DNA of 64,000 nt from Squalus acanthias (lineage: Eukaryota), in assembly GCA_030390025.1 (NCBI GenBank), contig CM059431.1, positions 111,230,001 to 111,294,000 on the forward strand, in the 5' to 3' direction. Position numbers and translations under genes: made by a program. The notes under the pieces were generated by a model. The model saw only the letters and a list, made by a program, of their open reading frames with translations. It ran no database searches and was not told the DNA's origin. This document shows, in pieces, positions 63,255-64,000 of this stretch (position 1 is the first letter of the stretch; every line of letters starts with the position of its first letter).

Positions 63255-63459
63255 TGTTGTTCGGCAATGTAAAAAATTGCCACCTTGTGCCAACACACTC
63301 TGTAAGATCTAACTGGTAAGAACGTGCAAATACTGGAGGAATATGATGCTAATTTCAAAATACTCTGCCAATTCTAAACATGTCCTGCACATTGCTCAAG
63401 GTTACTTCTAAAGCAGTAGAGAGAGACAGATGAATAAAATCAGGTGACTCATCATGCAA

Positions 63460-63760
63460 AACGTATTTTCAGAATGGAGAGATGGACTTGCTTTTTAAGG
63501 AAGTCGTGTCAGATAAACACTGACTTTCAAAGGCACCCAAAAAGGTTCAAGCCCCATAAAGAGGAAAAACTGCTGGGAGGAAATAGCTGAGAAAATAAAT
63601 GCAACCTTCCAGGTCAAAAGCACTGGGGAAGGCTGCCAGAACCACGTTAATGATGTCCACATGTGGACCAAAGTAAAGCAGTCCATACTACAAAGGACTA
63701 CAAAGGCCATTGGCAGTGGACCACCCACCACACAGTGTTTCATCACAGAACAGAGAAACA
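63460..63760 (+). pseudogene. Degenerate Myb/SANT-like (Harbinger-type) domain relic
   Basis: FSE / EMDLLFKEV...KRKNCWEEIAEKINATFQVKSTGEGCQNHVNDV...KAIGSGPP across frameshifts and a stop. Confidence 0.55.
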
Positions 63761-64000
63761 CAGAAATGTTCTCCCAGGTATTGGATTTTCATGTTGAGGA
63801 AATAGAACCAGGACTGCATAATCCTGATCCTAATCAATGCTGCAGGAATTCTTTTGATAAATCCTCAAAATTAAATTTGTTATTTCTTTCCACTCAACCG
63901 GGGCGAGTTTCCCTGCCCGCGCCAGGCAGGAATCAAGGTGGCAGTGTTCCGAAAATCACGGCACTGAACTTATGGTCCCGCTCCCACTCCTAATGCTCCC

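Overview
Eukaryotic, transposon-dense vertebrate DNA, most likely intronic or intergenic. The repeat mix (CR1 LINEs, Deu-domain-type SINEs, Penelope-like elements, RTE, L2, Harbinger relics and MITEs) suggests a shark or other chondrichthyan (inference). I recognise no intact host protein-coding gene. Main contents: (1) a near full-length decayed CR1 (esterase ORF1 plus APE-RT ORF2) nested in an older CR1 and itself carrying a MITE and a second LINE; (2) two GIY-YIG Penelope-like elements and several mini-copies with hammerhead-ribozyme-like cores, 11-15 bp TSDs and inverted 5' pseudo-LTR pieces; (3) an RTE LINE with a 5' inversion; (4) Harbinger transposase and Myb/SANT relics plus many 3-bp-TSD MITEs, one apparently chimeric; (5) a local tandem duplication that preserves a MITE empty site; (6) a 25-bp G-rich minisatellite with higher-order repeats, split by a CR1 fragment. 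A few unverified minus-strand exon candidates are noted. All calls come from reading the sequence; no database search was run.
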